This document shows, piece after piece, positions 62,833 through 64,000 of a DNA stretch of 64,000 nucleotides. The notes beneath the pieces were generated by a model, which saw nothing but the letters and a program-made list of their open reading frames with translations, did no database searches and was not told where the DNA came from. The position numbers and the translations under genes were made by a program. Positions within the stretch are counted from its first letter, which is position 1. Each line of letters starts with the position of its first letter. The stretch is taken from contig JAWQFM010000028.1 of assembly GCA_033442325.1 (NCBI GenBank), positions 453,450 to 517,449 on the forward strand, written 5' to 3'. The DNA comes from Salpingoeca rosetta (lineage: Eukaryota > Protista > Choanoflagellata).

Positions 62833-63182
62833 TGCATGCGTGTGTGTGTGATGGCGAGCATATTTGCATGTGTCGCTGATTGGTGATGCTGCTTGCTTGT
62901 TGCCGCTGCAGATCTTGAGGCATTGATCACCCAGATGACTGACGAATGCATGGAGGACAGACACACACTCGAGGCGGCCATCCAGGTGTGTGCGTGTGCT
63001 GTATGTGTTGTGTGTGTACTGTGTGCGTGTGTGTGTGTGCGTTGAGTGTGTATGTGTGTGCGCGTACCCAGCTGCTTGTAGTTCTTGCACAAGAACTGCT
63101 CATACCCGTTGCATGTGGGACTCGCTCCTCTGCACATGCACGTATACATGTACACCCTGCGTGTCGATGTTTCTCATCGCGT

Positions 63183-63250
<68 letters not shown>

Positions 63251-63432
63251 GTGGTTGCCAGGCGTGCCGCGCGCATGTGGAGGACAATGAAGCCGTTGAA
63301 GTGTTGAAGGACCTTGTTGCACTCGCCATCAGCATTGAGAAGGCGGTGCGTCGCATGTCTTGACATGTTCGTGACTGGTCGCACGGAATGAAATGGTTCA
63401 CCTCCCGGCCTTTGTACTCCCCTTGGCAGGCA

Positions 63433-63483
<51 letters not shown>

Positions 63484-63766
63484 CCTGTGCGTGCCTGAAC
63501 AGGACGGGCAAATACCGGCCGAGCTGCTGAGCGGGCGAGCAACAACATCGAGCTCACCTGACAGCGGATATACACAGGACGCGACGGCCTTTGACGAGAC
63601 ACGAGACCTGCACGCATCACTCATGAGGGAGATCCAGGCCAAGCCAGACCTCAAGGATGTACGCGCAGCTCCCCTGTTTTGTCACGAGTGATCTAGTGAG
63701 GGGTGGTGGTGGTGGTGGTGGTGGTGGTGGCGGTGGCGATGTTTGATTGGTGGGTGCCAGTCTTTC

Positions 63767-63838
<72 letters not shown>

Positions 63839-64000
63839 ACACACCTCACACACACACACGCGCGCGCGCGCACTCACTCACATCACTCACACACGCGCAC
63901 ACACACACACATGACACACCTCACACGCACACATCACTCCCCCTTGTCGCCATCGCGATGACTTGGCCCTGCAGGGGTCGAAGCGTGCGTTGACGGGGCC
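61861..64000 (+). CDS. KIND-domain protein with downstream WH2-like motif (Spire-like); truncated by window edge
   Basis: Exons 61861-62074, 62345-62418, 62634-62718, 62912-62985, 63262-63345, 63503-63658, 63975- are in phase. KIND motifs SVHHILTTLNAPLDEEQLWAL and AHVFSIGALLFTAADFSLMEDEEPSLSEDLEALITQMTDE. WH2-like RDLHASLMREIQAKPDLKD. Confidence 0.8.

Noticed and set aside
26692-64000. Beta-thymosin and Spire-like gene as a single actin-regulatory cluster
   Set aside because: They lie 35 kb apart with unrelated genes between, so co-location is probably coincidental. Reported separately.

Overview
Eukaryotic, intron-rich, microsatellite-saturated genomic DNA with (TG)n/(CA)n in almost every intron and two N gaps. 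Composition and gene content suggest a unicellular holozoan, most likely the choanoflagellate Salpingoeca rosetta; this is an inference, not verified. Most ORFs in the supplied track are repeat artefacts. By manual exon stitching I find about 15 genes, mostly in head-to-head pairs: a hypothetical protein, DNA-3-methyladenine glycosylase I (Tag), a Lag1/TLC ceramide-synthase-like protein with a duplicated exon, a coiled-coil protein, an intronless membrane-anchored GH13 alpha-glucosidase, WDR59 (GATOR2), a 45-aa monomeric beta-thymosin missed by the ORF track, PRPF4, TBL2, a stand-alone W2/eIF5C-domain protein, a 23-exon secretory-pathway J-protein, a sulfotransferase-fold protein with a degenerate PAPS site, an LRR receptor TKL kinase, an F-box/ankyrin-like protein and the 5' part of a KIND+WH2 (Spire-like) protein. 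The strongest novelty candidates are the J-protein (ricin-B lectin + beta/gamma-crystallin-like + EGF + TPR + DnaJ), its head-to-head pseudo-sulfotransferase partner, the beta-thymosin and the Spire-like gene. No database searches were run. All family calls rest on motif recognition.
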